From: a virus
Direction: 5' to 3' (one strand)
Virus record (IMG/VR): IMGVR_UViG_3300045988_141056
Coordinates: 1-47,291 of that record
DNA: 47,291 nucleotides
Made by a program: the position numbers and the translations under genes. The notes below the pieces were generated by a model, which was not told the DNA's origin, made no database searches, and was given only the letters and a program-made list of their open reading frames with translations. Within the stretch, counting starts at the first letter, position 1, and each line of letters starts with the position of its first letter. Shown here piece after piece: positions 8,880-18,895 of the stretch.

Positions 8880-9806
8880 CTAATTACGATTATACAACGA
8901 ATCGCCTCTATCTAGCATAGCCCGCAACTCTTTTGGCGTTTTCAAATGCTCTACCCAATCGCACAAGCAGTGGTTATGGCTGAACGGTCGCTCTGCGTTC
9001 TTCGGGTACGGACTAGCAGCAGCAAGCTCATCGCACATGTCTTCTCTCGGATGACTACGGCTGAGTACCCAATCGTAACCATCTACCCAATCAGCCTTCT
9101 CGTACATCCAGTCTGTCATGTTGCGATACATCTCGGCTGAGCCTGTTCTGGCAATCGAATACAGATTGCTTTGAATCGAGCCAGGCAGAACGTTTTTCGG
9201 CAAGTACTTCATATCTGCTTTCAACAGCTTGCGGGCGATATCATAGGGCTTTCCTGGCTTACCGTCTTTCGGGTTAATGTACGACTGGAGCAGCTTTTCA
9301 ATGTCACGAGAGCCTAAGCCATCTTTGACTCCTAGCTGGATAATGTTTGTGATAGTCTTCTTCGAGCTGAGGTCGATTGCGTCCATCCTGTCTAGGAACG
9401 TTAACTCAAATGAGCCGTACGGTACGCTTTGCCATGTGCGTTTGGCATATTCAGCGAAGTTCTCCATATCAGCTTTGAAACTGTGCAATGCTTTCGTGGC
9501 GTTGACAGAACGCAGCAGCGGGACTGACCGCTCTAGGGCTGATTGTGCACGTAGCTTAGCAATACGACCGACGCTATCGTTCATTGTTTCACCGAACCTC
9601 ACTAGGTAGAGAGTGACGGTTGCGGTGAGGGCTGCAAGCAATCCTGTCGTGTCTTTGATACCGCTAGAGCTGCTATGCTCTAGCATTGCTTCATGGACAT
9701 CAACACCCCAATCATCAAGCAGCTGCTGCAATTCATTCTCAAGCATAATAGCCTGACGCAGATAATCACTCTTTGCTGAGCGAGGGCCTCTCGTAGTAAC
9801 AACCAT
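8880..9806 (-). CDS. minor head protein (SPP1 gp7 / Mu F-like head morphogenesis protein)
   Basis: 308-aa ORF directly downstream of the portal gene, with size and position typical of the gp7 family. Confidence 0.6.
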   Translation of the reverse strand: MVVTTRGPRSAKSDYLRQAIMLENELQQLLDDWGVDVHEAMLEHSSSSGIKDTTGLLAALTATVTLYLVRFGETMNDSVGRIAKLRAQSALERSVPLLRSVNATKALHSFKADMENFAEYAKRTWQSVPYGSFELTFLDRMDAIDLSSKKTITNIIQLGVKDGLGSRDIEKLLQSYINPKDGKPGKPYDIARKLLKADMKYLPKNVLPGSIQSNLYSIARTGSAEMYRNMTDWMYEKADWVDGYDWVLSRSHPREDMCDELAAASPYPKNAERPFSHNHCLCDWVEHLKTPKELRAMLDRGDSLYNRN

Positions 9807-9818
9807 CAGCCGTTACTC

Positions 9819-11450
9819 CTACTCTGTTTCAGTTTCTGTGCCTTCATTGTCTTCGCCTCCTTTAGTTTGTTGCGGTTGATTGGTCTGATTGGTGCGGGCT
9901 AACAGGTCTCGAACTAAACGGTCACTGGAGCTGCTGGAGCTTTCGTTCTTCTTCTGGGCTTCAGCAACAGCACGTTTCACTTCTTCTGGGATATCCTTAA
10001 TCTTATCACCTAGAGCAAGCTCAATGACCTTTTCGGCGGTGAGGATACCGTTTTCATATCCCCACTGAGCAGCAGATAGCGTCATAGTCTTGTCTTCATC
10101 AGCGATAGGCGGAAAGATTACACGAACTGTTGGCATTTCTTCCTTCAGTGGCAAGTACACTGGGTCGCTCATCAAAATACGACGTTCAATGTACGTATTC
10201 ACCATGTCTTGGATGAACTCAGCGAACTCTTGCTGCTTGCGGACAATCTTCATACTGAGAATCGGCTCTTGGGTCTGAGTAGAGGCTTTGGAGCTAGTGA
10301 CTGCTGTACCGAACGAGAACTCTGGAGTCTCTGAGCCTTGAACAATCAGGTAAAAGTACAGCTGGAGAAGAGAGGACACATCACCCATAAAGCTATTGCC
10401 CTGCAGCATTTTAGCGTCGCCCTTATCGCTATCGATATAGATGACTCTATCTTGACCCCACGCTACACCTTCGTTCTGTTCTGTCTGTCCTGCACCGCTT
10501 GTGGCTGGGTCATTAGCTTCTGTTTTGCTTGGGTCTTTCACGCCAATCAGAATCGGAATCGGCACGGCGTTATACTTCACACCACGGGTAGCCTCTCTAA
10601 TGACAGAGCTGTACTGCTCGAATAGGCTCAGGAGGTTCTGGTAGTCACTGTTGCCATAGACTGCTTCTGCTTCTGGCTCGTTATGATACATCTTCAACGG
10701 CAACAATCGCTCACGGATACGTGATGCAGGAACGCCTAGCTGTTGACCTGTTTCTTCATCGACTGGGATTTCAACTGCACCATCATCGGTATAGACTCTC
10801 TCCCATAAAATCTCTGGCTCGTTTGGTGAGTTAGCCTTATAGCGATAGATACGGATTGAATCTGTGCGGTACTGCTTGACGTAAACATACTTGACCTTAT
10901 TCTTATTAGCCGTTAGGTCGGAGCTTTCTACGATATCGACTTCTCGGCGAACGTCTGCACCAATCACTCTACCGCTGATTGGGTCAACCATCACCTCAAC
11001 GCCTTTAGCGTCAACGTCTGTGATACGTCCGAACTCGTCAATATGGATGTATGCGTCACCGTCTCGGTACGCACGCTTGGCTACGTTAAACAGGTGGCGT
11101 TCATTCTTCTGAACCCACTCGTTGATTTCGTTTTCAGCTTCTTGGATTAGGTTATTGCTACCTGCGTTCTCAAGCTCAATCTTCACACCACGACCAATAA
11201 CGAATCCTGCGGTGATGTTGACGATTGGCTTTCCTAGGGCTGCAACAAGCTGGTACACGTCACCTTTGCCATTGATACGGCTGTTGTAATAAATGGAACG
11301 GAACAGGTCGTAGTCATTCCTGTCATAGTCTGTAACTGTAATATTTGGACGGAAAAACGAACCGAGGTAGCGACTCCACAAGCTGTTTGACTCACTAACC
11401 TTGCCTCTCATCTCTGATACAATCCGTCGAACTAATCCTGTTTGCTTCAT
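9819..11450 (-). CDS. portal protein
   Basis: 543-aa ORF immediately downstream of terL with an acidic C-terminal tail. Size and position match a portal protein. Confidence 0.8.
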   Translation of the reverse strand: MKQTGLVRRIVSEMRGKVSESNSLWSRYLGSFFRPNITVTDYDRNDYDLFRSIYYNSRINGKGDVYQLVAALGKPIVNITAGFVIGRGVKIELENAGSNNLIQEAENEINEWVQKNERHLFNVAKRAYRDGDAYIHIDEFGRITDVDAKGVEVMVDPISGRVIGADVRREVDIVESSDLTANKNKVKYVYVKQYRTDSIRIYRYKANSPNEPEILWERVYTDDGAVEIPVDEETGQQLGVPASRIRERLLPLKMYHNEPEAEAVYGNSDYQNLLSLFEQYSSVIREATRGVKYNAVPIPILIGVKDPSKTEANDPATSGAGQTEQNEGVAWGQDRVIYIDSDKGDAKMLQGNSFMGDVSSLLQLYFYLIVQGSETPEFSFGTAVTSSKASTQTQEPILSMKIVRKQQEFAEFIQDMVNTYIERRILMSDPVYLPLKEEMPTVRVIFPPIADEDKTMTLSAAQWGYENGILTAEKVIELALGDKIKDIPEEVKRAVAEAQKKNESSSSSSDRLVRDLLARTNQTNQPQQTKGGEDNEGTETETE

Positions 11451-11492
11451 TCCTTTTGCCCCTTGCTATTCTTTGTTCTATTATACAACATT

Positions 11493-13085
11493 TTATCGCC
11501 TTAAAATATCCCTTCTCGAACCAACAGCGTGACCTTTTGGTCTGTCGGTGTAAATCAGCTTACGCATACCTGTGTTGGCGAACCATAGAGCCATCAGCAA
11601 GTCGTGCGTGTGTCCATCTGGAAACTGCTTCATGGCTTCAACTAAGATGTTTGCCATCTTGACTGAATACGGACTATTAGACGAACAAGGCAATGTCCAC
11701 TTGTCGTTCTCGAACTCTACAGCTAGGGAGTTCAAGCCGACTTCTTCATCGTACTTTTCACCGCCTGTCTGGTAGCCTTCAATCGGCATATCTGAGACTT
11801 CAGCGAGGTCTCGGGTGAGGGCTGCTTGGTAGCCGTTCTTCTCGACAATGATAATCCCTGGCAAAAATCGCCTGTACAAATCAACAATCCTTCTTTCTTG
11901 GTCGGCAAAGGACAACCTATCGATACTCAAATGCAGTGGAATCTTGTCACCGTTCTGGAGGCGACCAATGACTGCGAATCCGCAATAGTCTGACGTGGAG
12001 CGTTCACTAATCGCAAGGTCTACACCCATCGAGACCGTCATACCACCTAAGTCCCAGTTGCTGTAGTCTAGCTGGTAAATGAGTGTCCTGTTGCTTCCAC
12101 GGTCTAATGCACGCTGCAGTGGCTCATCCTTAAACACCTGACTGGCTTTATCAGTAACGAGGTTGCGGTAAGCTTTATTGAACGACGACGTACCCATCTC
12201 TTCCAGTTCTTCTTGGAGCTTTTCCCACGACCAGCGAGACTGCCACAATGTCTTGTGAGCTACAGGGTCTACAATTGCATCATAGCGTCGCCTAATCTGG
12301 TAGGACTTCTTACGCATTAGCTCGTGGTACAGGTCTTTCTTGTGCCACGCCGTACCTACAACAATCATCTGACCTGTTGGCTCTAGGACTGGCTTCAGGA
12401 CTTCAAAGAACCACTCTCGGGTAGCGTCTCGCTGCATAGCGGTGCGGGTATTCTGCTTGTTCAGCAGGTCGTCACAAATAATCACATCGGCACGCTTGGA
12501 CAGAATCGCACCGCCTGTACCTGTTGCGGAGACAGTCGGGTCTTTCAATTCTGGAGCGTCACGTTCAACAATGATTTCCTTCTGAGTCCACTTGTCTGGA
12601 ATCTTTGGCACTAGGTTACCGAACATAACACGGAATCTCTCACTGTTTTCAAGAATCGTCGTAATCTGTCGAAGGAACGACTCTGCCTGCGTAGCTGTGT
12701 TGGAGACTAGGACGATACGAACCTTCTGGTCTTTAGCAATGAGCCATAGCGGATAGGCGACACTGAACATAGCGGTCTTGCTGTGGTTTCGCGGTGCCAT
12801 GAGCATGAGCTGCTGCCATCGGGGAGCGTCATATTCTGGATAGAACACTAGCGGGCATTCACAGATATCATTGCTTCGGTTAGCTAGCCTGGCTGCACAT
12901 GTATGGACTTGGGAGGCACGACCGTCTACAATCATCGCCCATTCTGTCTGGTGAGGGGCGACTTCGTAACCGAACAGGTACTCAAAAAATGCGTCAAAGC
13001 TATTGAGCAATAGCTTACGTAGAGCCTCCCGACCCTGGTACGTGAGCTTCGATACGTCAATATTGCCTAGACTGCCATTATTCAC
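11493..13085 (-). CDS. terL: terminase large subunit
   Basis: 530 aa with an N-terminal ATPase region (deviant Walker A APRNHSKT, DDLL Walker B-like motif) and a C-terminal nuclease-like region. Overlaps the terS stop. Confidence 0.85.
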   Translation of the reverse strand: MNNGSLGNIDVSKLTYQGREALRKLLLNSFDAFFEYLFGYEVAPHQTEWAMIVDGRASQVHTCAARLANRSNDICECPLVFYPEYDAPRWQQLMLMAPRNHSKTAMFSVAYPLWLIAKDQKVRIVLVSNTATQAESFLRQITTILENSERFRVMFGNLVPKIPDKWTQKEIIVERDAPELKDPTVSATGTGGAILSKRADVIICDDLLNKQNTRTAMQRDATREWFFEVLKPVLEPTGQMIVVGTAWHKKDLYHELMRKKSYQIRRRYDAIVDPVAHKTLWQSRWSWEKLQEELEEMGTSSFNKAYRNLVTDKASQVFKDEPLQRALDRGSNRTLIYQLDYSNWDLGGMTVSMGVDLAISERSTSDYCGFAVIGRLQNGDKIPLHLSIDRLSFADQERRIVDLYRRFLPGIIIVEKNGYQAALTRDLAEVSDMPIEGYQTGGEKYDEEVGLNSLAVEFENDKWTLPCSSNSPYSVKMANILVEAMKQFPDGHTHDLLMALWFANTGMRKLIYTDRPKGHAVGSRRDILRR

Positions 13086-13841
13086 TTACATTTTCGTCCT
13101 TCTCTGGTGTTGCATTTTGTGCTGCAATATTGTCTGCCTGTTGCTTTAATCGCGAAAATGCGTTGAGTAGTTCTTGAGCCGTCGTGACCGTTTGTGACGA
13201 ATTATGACTGTTTTGTGATGTATTTTGGCTGTCTGGTGACGGTTTTTGACCATCTCGTGACAAAATATGACTGTTTTGTGGCATATTTTGACTGTCTCGT
13301 GACAAGTTTAGACCGTTTGTGGCGTTTTCTTGATGCAAATGCAAATGCTGATGTAACGCCACATTATCGGCATTTGCGCAACGGCTAATTCCTTTGCGGT
13401 CGAGCATGTTCTGATATTCCACCAAAAGCTTCTGATAAGCCATCAATAGCTTACTCTGTGTATTCACCGACATTTTAGCTTTAACGGCTTTCTCGTATTG
13501 TTTCTTTGCCTCTGTAACGGTTCTCGCCAGTTCTTTGATAGGGTCTAGCTTACGGAGTAGCTTATTGTAATCGGGGGTATATGGCTCAATCACTGCCTGC
13601 TGCTGCAACCTGTTCTTTACGAACCGTTCCAACGCAGGACGACTTGGCACGTGCCACTCTGGTGCGGGAAACTCCTCTAGCAACTTCTTGCGGATACCTT
13701 TAATCGTGTACCCTTCTGTCCGCAACTGCACGAACCGTTCTCTCATTTCAGGCTGAGCATCTAAAGCAGTACGGAAACCCGCCTGCTTAATCCTATTTGC
13801 GATTTCAATGTTTGCTTTAGATGCTACAATATTTGCCATTT
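13078..13841 (-). CDS. terS: terminase small subunit; likely start is the ATG at 13841 with a GGAGAG RBS
   Basis: N-terminal HTH-like DNA-binding region, immediately upstream of and overlapping terL. The C-terminus is encoded by imperfect tandem DNA repeats. Confidence 0.6.
13185..13325. repeat. imperfect tandem repeats of about 55 bp (about 2.5 copies) inside the terS 3' region
   Basis: The units gtgacNgtttNtgacNNNNNNNtgactgttttgtgNNNtattttgNctgtctNgtgac are repeated. They encode the SRDSQN / SPDSQN / SQNSHN peptide repeats. Confidence 0.55.
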
Positions 13842-14188
13842 TTTCTCTCCTTGCTTCCGAGGCAACCCCATTTCCCACCCCTATCACCACTATTCAAACC
13901 CTCTTTTTCCTACGTTGCTTCTCCTACTTTATATATTACCTTGACTTTGGTGCAAAAATCTATAGCAGCAGCAAAGCTATGTGGTTTAGATGATTAGTAG
14001 CTGGTTACGTATAGCTTTTATGTGTTAGGGGAGATATGTTAGTAGCTTTTATGTATTACTTAGTGTTCTTATTCATTGCGGGAACGGTTGCTGGAATCGT
14101 TTTTACGGGACTTTAGCTGCTTAAATGTATAATCTTATGTCTTTTATATTGAAGGCGGAGCGAGGGCTTACACACGGTTTAGTGTGCA

Positions 14189-14500
14189 TTATTCAGCAAG
14201 CTCCCTGATTACTTCTTCAATGTAGCAGACTTGGCAGGTATCTCGCTGCTTTCTAAGGATATCTCTAGGTCTGCGTTTATGAAAACCTAATCTACAGCTG
14301 AGTGGTCGGTCTAGGTAGCTTTGGAGGGCTTTTATCTTGTCACCTAGACGCTCATGTTCGATAATGTCTTCGAAATAGCCATCTTTGTTATTTTTATAGT
14401 TCTCTTCGTTACTGAGTCTGTTCTTGAGCCAAAGTAGCTGTATACGATAACGTGGCGTGTTCTTGGCAATATAGGCTTCTACTAATTTACGATATCTCAT
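14189..14500 (-). CDS. hypothetical protein with a C-terminal CxxC; possible regulator
   Basis: 103-aa ORF and the last gene before the 298-bp intergenic region upstream of terS. Confidence 0.45.
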   Translation of the reverse strand: MRYRKLVEAYIAKNTPRYRIQLLWLKNRLSNEENYKNNKDGYFEDIIEHERLGDKIKALQSYLDRPLSCRLGFHKRRPRDILRKQRDTCQVCYIEEVIRELAE

Positions 14501-14931
14501 TACTTCATCCTCACTATTAGGTTTGCTACGTTTCCAATTCTGGTATCGTGAATATCGTCTATGGCAATAACCTTACGAAGGCTGCATAGCTTTTCATACT
14601 CACCTTTTGAGTACACTCGCCAGACATATTTCTCGAGCTGGAGACGCTCTACCCATTGCTGGGCATATTCTCGACCGCCTGCACTCCAAACAGCTATTTG
14701 CACATTCTTAAAAATGCGAGAAGCTAAAATCAAAAACTCTACCACTTCAAGATTGGCAGAGTCGTATGGGTATAATTCGCCTTGCTTGCGTCGCTCTTGG
14801 ACTATATTTTCGTTGATGTGGCTAATGAGCGTACCGTCAACATCAAATGCTATGACAAACTTCTCCATTCCGTCACCGAACGGAAGATTTCTTTTTTCAT
14901 TTGCCCCTGTTGATACCTGCTTTTTCTGCAT
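14500..14931 (-). CDS. HAD-superfamily hydrolase-like protein
   Basis: Motif I FDVDGTL lies near the N-terminus, with a later K and an IAIDD motif. I chose the start at 14931 because it has an AAAGGAGG RBS. Confidence 0.55.
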   Translation of the reverse strand: MQKKQVSTGANEKRNLPFGDGMEKFVIAFDVDGTLISHINENIVQERRKQGELYPYDSANLEVVEFLILASRIFKNVQIAVWSAGGREYAQQWVERLQLEKYVWRVYSKGEYEKLCSLRKVIAIDDIHDTRIGNVANLIVRMK

Positions 14932-14971
14932 CAATTCGCCTCCTTTTCTTATGTCTTTATTATAGCACAAA

Positions 14972-15190
14972 TCACCACTTGGGTACATCTATCAAGCCAC
15001 GTTTTATCAGCTCATTTATGACATTTTTGTACCAGTGCCTATCGCTGGCAGTACAGGCAAAACCCAATACGCAATTGCCATTTTTATCAATTATCTTTCG
15101 GTGCTTCTTGCCCACAATAACACGAAGTCCAAATGGGCTTATGGTCTTTATTATCTTACGCTCCTCTTTAGACCATTTTTTCTTACTCAT
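14972..15190 (-). CDS. hypothetical basic protein
   Basis: 72-aa ORF within the operon. Confidence 0.4.
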   Translation of the reverse strand: MSKKKWSKEERKIIKTISPFGLRVIVGKKHRKIIDKNGNCVLGFACTASDRHWYKNVINELIKRGLIDVPKW

Positions 15191-15204
15191 TACCCCCTCC
15201 TTTT

Positions 15205-15642
15205 TTATTTTTTATAGTATCCACGACGGCTGAGTACTTTCAGGACTCTACCGAAAATATCCGCAATCAAATTACCGAGGTCTGTAGCATCGATTGATAT
15301 GCAGTCCACAGCCAAATCATCCTTATTTATTTTATCAGCCCTATAGATATGAAGAGCTGCTCTAATACACTCACGAAGAACCACACCCCCAGCTAACCCA
15401 TTTCTATGCAATCGTATAACCGCTATCTTTGCGTTACCATCATATGGTTGAGTGATTGAATCGTAGTCTCGTTTGTATATGTCCAATCCCTTTTGTCTGC
15501 TAAACGACTCTGTGCAACGATAAAGACGCTCCCTGTCACTATATACGAACACCTTGACTATGCGTATTCTCCCGCTCTTGTTTGTCGTGATAGAAAATCT
15601 ATTGATATTAGAACCAGCCATAATATTTTCTACGCTCATCAA
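15205..15642 (-). CDS. hypothetical protein
   Basis: 145-aa ORF overlapping the 3' end of the Fic gene. Confidence 0.4.
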   Translation of the reverse strand: MMSVENIMAGSNINRFSITTNKSGRIRIVKVFVYSDRERLYRCTESFSRQKGLDIYKRDYDSITQPYDGNAKIAVIRLHRNGLAGGVVLRECIRAALHIYRADKINKDDLAVDCISIDATDLGNLIADIFGRVLKVLSRRGYYKK

Positions 15643-16138
15643 AGCGTATTAACGTAGGCTTGCAGCCTATCTTTTTTTCAAACAGCCACATCAACATACG
15701 ACCAGTACGACCGTTTCCATCACAGAACGGGTGAATATGCTCGAAGCGAACATGCAATGCTCTAGCAACCTCCGCAGGAACATCCTGACGCTTTATCCAT
15801 TTGTTCACATCTCTGACCCAGGACTCCATAGCGTCATAGACGAGAGCGGGGGCTAAACCTTCACGGTCACCAACCCACACCCGTTGCCCACTAACATTGC
15901 GATAATTGCCACGCCAAAACAGCTGCAAGTCTGTTTGATGAGACACAACCCATTTCTGAACACGACATATGCTCTGATGAGTAAATGGACTGTCTGAGGC
16001 TACCAATTCATCCCAGGCTATCAAGGAGGCGATATCGGCACGCTCACTGTCATACCCCTCAATGAGATTTGACTCATGGACATGCTGATACATCTCGTGG
16101 CTCTTGTAGTTTTTACTACTGACCATCAACATATTCAA
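15608..16138 (-). CDS. Fic/Doc-family protein (AMPylase/toxin-like)
   Basis: Canonical Fic motif HPFCDGNGRTGR. A candidate inhibitory motif SNLIEG ([ST]xxxE[GN]) lies near the N-terminus. Confidence 0.75.
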   Translation of the reverse strand: MNMLMVSSKNYKSHEMYQHVHESNLIEGYDSERADIASLIAWDELVASDSPFTHQSICRVQKWVVSHQTDLQLFWRGNYRNVSGQRVWVGDREGLAPALVYDAMESWVRDVNKWIKRQDVPAEVARALHVRFEHIHPFCDGNGRTGRMLMWLFEKKIGCKPTLIRFDERRKYYGWF

Positions 16139-17084
16139 TATCCTTTTTGCTCTTTGCCAAGTAGTACTTAGAAGAAGCTAGGCTCTCGACATAGCTGTCT
16201 GAGATAATATCAAGGAAAACTCTTGCATCTTTCTCGTCCATAATGATAATACGCTGGTCATCGGTGACCATAAGCTCAAGACAAAACTTTTGAGCAATCT
16301 TAATGACTTCAGACTGAGGAATCACACCAATCTCTAAGTTCTGCATCTTATTCACAAGCGTACTGCTATCTTTCACAAAATCAGCAAAACCTAAACCGAT
16401 TGTGACAGGGAAGTTGAACTTGTAAAACTCCTCTAACTGCTTGCCCTTCTCTTGGACAACAACCATTTTTCGAGCCTCATATTTGAACATTTTTTCAAAC
16501 TTTGAGAGGTCAAACATAAAAATGTCACTACCTGTAACCAGCACCTGGTTACCTGTTGGAATCTTAAATGCACCACTAGCACCAAGCTTTTTAATAGAGC
16601 CAGCGTGGATAGTCCACGCGGTACTTTCAACCAAGAACGAAGACTTCTGCAACTGTTTAATAACATAAAAAACATCTTTTGGATTTTCAACATTGACATA
16701 CCTAACAATAATACCTCTCATATTCATAACAGCATTCTCGTAGGGGTCAAACTCTTTAATATCCTTCAAACGCTCGAACTGGTCAAGGATTACGTCTACA
16801 CGCATCACCTCACTAACCTTAGCCGTCCAAAAAATCTTCTGCTCGTCCTCACCTTTATAAGAAATATGGCGAACATTAGCACCTGTTCCAGCACCAAGCT
16901 CGACTTCTTTTATAACATCATAAAGAAACAGCTCATCTAAGTCTTTTTTAGACACTTCGTTAGAAGTACCAATCGAATAAACTGTAAAATTATTATTGAA
17001 CAAATAAAGCTCTGGTGCGTACTTATCTCTGTCCGCATCTAGTTTATTTATAAAGAGAAAAATATCTGTTGTGTTCTCTTCCAT
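16116..17084 (-). CDS. hypothetical 322-aa protein overlapping the Fic gene by 23 nt
   Basis: Long AT-rich ORF with an AAAGGAGG RBS. I recognised no motif. Confidence 0.5.
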   Translation of the reverse strand: MEENTTDIFLFINKLDADRDKYAPELYLFNNNFTVYSIGTSNEVSKKDLDELFLYDVIKEVELGAGTGANVRHISYKGEDEQKIFWTAKVSEVMRVDVILDQFERLKDIKEFDPYENAVMNMRGIIVRYVNVENPKDVFYVIKQLQKSSFLVESTAWTIHAGSIKKLGASGAFKIPTGNQVLVTGSDIFMFDLSKFEKMFKYEARKMVVVQEKGKQLEEFYKFNFPVTIGLGFADFVKDSSTLVNKMQNLEIGVIPQSEVIKIAQKFCLELMVTDDQRIIIMDEKDARVFLDIISDSYVESLASSKYYLAKSKKDIEYVDGQ

Positions 17085-17138
17085 TTTCGCCTCCTTTAGC
17101 TTAATTTTAATGTCCTTATTATATCATCAGCTGTTGTT

Positions 17139-17396
17139 TTATTCACCAAATCCAAACGTTTTTCGACGCATCTCGTTCAAATCTTTCTGGGCTGCCGTAA
17201 TATCTCGCAACTCTTTTGGTGTCATATTGACACTAACACCCCCATCCTTCATAACAATCTTATCCTTCAAAATACTGGCTATAGCGTTATCTAGCAAGGA
17301 CACTCGTGCCTTTTCGTCTTTAATAACCTGGCTAGAATCAACCTCTTCATCATTGACGATACTAAGGTCTTCATCAGTGTCTGTGTTCTGACTCAT
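17139..17396 (-). CDS. hypothetical acidic protein
   Basis: 85-aa ORF with an RBS. Confidence 0.4.
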   Translation of the reverse strand: MSQNTDTDEDLSIVNDEEVDSSQVIKDEKARVSLLDNAIASILKDKIVMKDGGVSVNMTPKELRDITAAQKDLNEMRRKTFGFGE

Positions 17397-17655
17397 CTTG
17401 CACCTCCTGGCTCATTTTACTGATAGTATCTTGGACGGCATTTTGCTGCTGTTTTAAGTAAACCTTCTGCATCTCTTCAACAGGGATATTTCTAAGTAGC
17501 AAATCTACTGCACCGTAAATCCTATTACAGGCATCTATGACCAACTCATAGTCAATCGCCTTATTCGTATCTTCAATAGCTACAGAAAATTGCTTGAGAA
17601 TCTTCTTCGCATGCTGTTGAAAACTCTTGATAGTCCTTACTTCGTTTTCGTTCAT
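17374..17655 (-). CDS. hypothetical protein
   Basis: 93-aa ORF. Confidence 0.4.
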   Translation of the reverse strand: MNENEVRTIKSFQQHAKKILKQFSVAIEDTNKAIDYELVIDACNRIYGAVDLLLRNIPVEEMQKVYLKQQQNAVQDTISKMSQEVQDESEHRH

Positions 17656-17657
17656 AT

Positions 17658-17927
17658 TTAGTCTCCTACTTCATCGTATACCTGGTCAACAATGGCGTGC
17701 ATCTGTTGACGTGTTATTTTAGTTTTCTTACGTGTTCCCGCAACCTTAATTTTCTCAGCAGCGTTACGTACAAAATGCTCAGCCCTCATAATCAACTTAT
17801 AGCAATTATCACAACAATAACTACTATAGACATTTGTCTCTGACGGCACATACTCTTTATCACCGATATGGCACGGTGCTTGGCATTCATATTGATTAGT
17901 CATCCTTCTCCTCCTGTATGGATTCAT
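17658..17927 (-). CDS. hypothetical Cys-rich (zinc-binding-like) protein
   Basis: 89-aa ORF with CxxxC ... CCDNC motifs. Confidence 0.4.
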   Translation of the reverse strand: MNPYRRRRMTNQYECQAPCHIGDKEYVPSETNVYSSYCCDNCYKLIMRAEHFVRNAAEKIKVAGTRKKTKITRQQMHAIVDQVYDEVGD

Positions 17928-18162
17928 TTATCATCTCAATCAATTTGGCATTCCTTTTATCTATTTTAGCCAAGTTCTCACGCAATTGTTTATCTATATT
18001 TTTAGCAGCTCTTCTAGTATCTTCATCTACTATCGCTTTGTTCAAAGCTATTTTATTTGCCGTGTGCAGCTCGGCAGATATAGCCTCAAGTGCTGCTCCG
18101 CATTTGATTAGCCCCACAAATAACCAATAATTTTCATTCATTTTCTTCTTCCTCCTTCTCAT
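17896..18162 (-). CDS. hypothetical protein
   Basis: 88-aa ORF. Confidence 0.4.
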   Translation of the reverse strand: MRRRKKKMNENYWLFVGLIKCGAALEAISAELHTANKIALNKAIVDEDTRRAAKNIDKQLRENLAKIDKRNAKLIEMINESIQEEKDD

Positions 18163-18895
18163 CTTGTTCTTTTTCTAATTGCTCAAGCCTTTCAGATGCA
18201 AGGTCTAGCATATATGACATAATCCCAGCGATATTTCTGATATCTTTATACTTGCTAATACGCTGGACGGTTTCAGCAAACTTATTGAACTCTTCTCTGT
18301 CTGCCATATATTTCTTTGCAGAAGGCTCTAGCTGGTCAATGAAATCTTCAAACCTATCAGCTCCGCTCTTCATGAACATGATATAGATTGGTTCAAAATC
18401 AAACTCTACATCAATATCATCTGTTGGGATACTCGGCACTTCCACGTTGATTTCTAAATCAGTCAAGCCACTTGCTAATTTAGCGTTGATATCTTCAATG
18501 CTATCATACAGCTGTTTTAATAGTTCTTGGTTGTCGTAACCAGACAACGCATTGTGTGCAAGCTGCTTTGAGATAATCTCATCCTCACTCAGCTCTCGTT
18601 CGATAACCAGTACAGGGATAACCATCAAGCCAGCAGAACGACTAGCACGTGTTCTATGGTGACCAGAAATAATCATAAACTCATGACGGTCTCCTGGCAT
18701 TTTCCATACCAACGGCAAGCTTTCGAGCATGCCTTCATCTCGGATATTTTCGGTCAACCGACGGAACTTGTCATCATCCATGACACGTGCGTTGACATCT
18801 CGCTCTCGCAATTGGTCAAGGTGAACCTTCCAAATTGCTAACCCAGGCGACAGTTCCAACAATCGCTCTGGCTCAGGTATATCAGTTTTTGCCAT
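18134..18895 (-). CDS. ParB-like nuclease-domain (ParB/Srx fold) protein
   Basis: N-terminal region with the motif MIISGHHRTRAS resembling the ParB N-terminal domain. Overlaps the upstream putative methyltransferase gene by 14 nt. Confidence 0.45.
   Translation of the reverse strand: MAKTDIPEPERLLELSPGLAIWKVHLDQLRERDVNARVMDDDKFRRLTENIRDEGMLESLPLVWKMPGDRHEFMIISGHHRTRASRSAGLMVIPVLVIERELSEDEIISKQLAHNALSGYDNQELLKQLYDSIEDINAKLASGLTDLEINVEVPSIPTDDIDVEFDFEPIYIMFMKSGADRFEDFIDQLEPSAKKYMADREEFNKFAETVQRISKYKDIRNIAGIMSYMLDLASERLEQLEKEQDEKEEEENE

Noticed and set aside
13891-14188. 298-bp intergenic region upstream of terS with a duplicated tagcttttatgt motif; considered as cos site or late promoter
   Set aside because: No clear -35/-10 pair or long repeats. 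The packaging signal is more likely the terS-internal repeats. Left unannotated.
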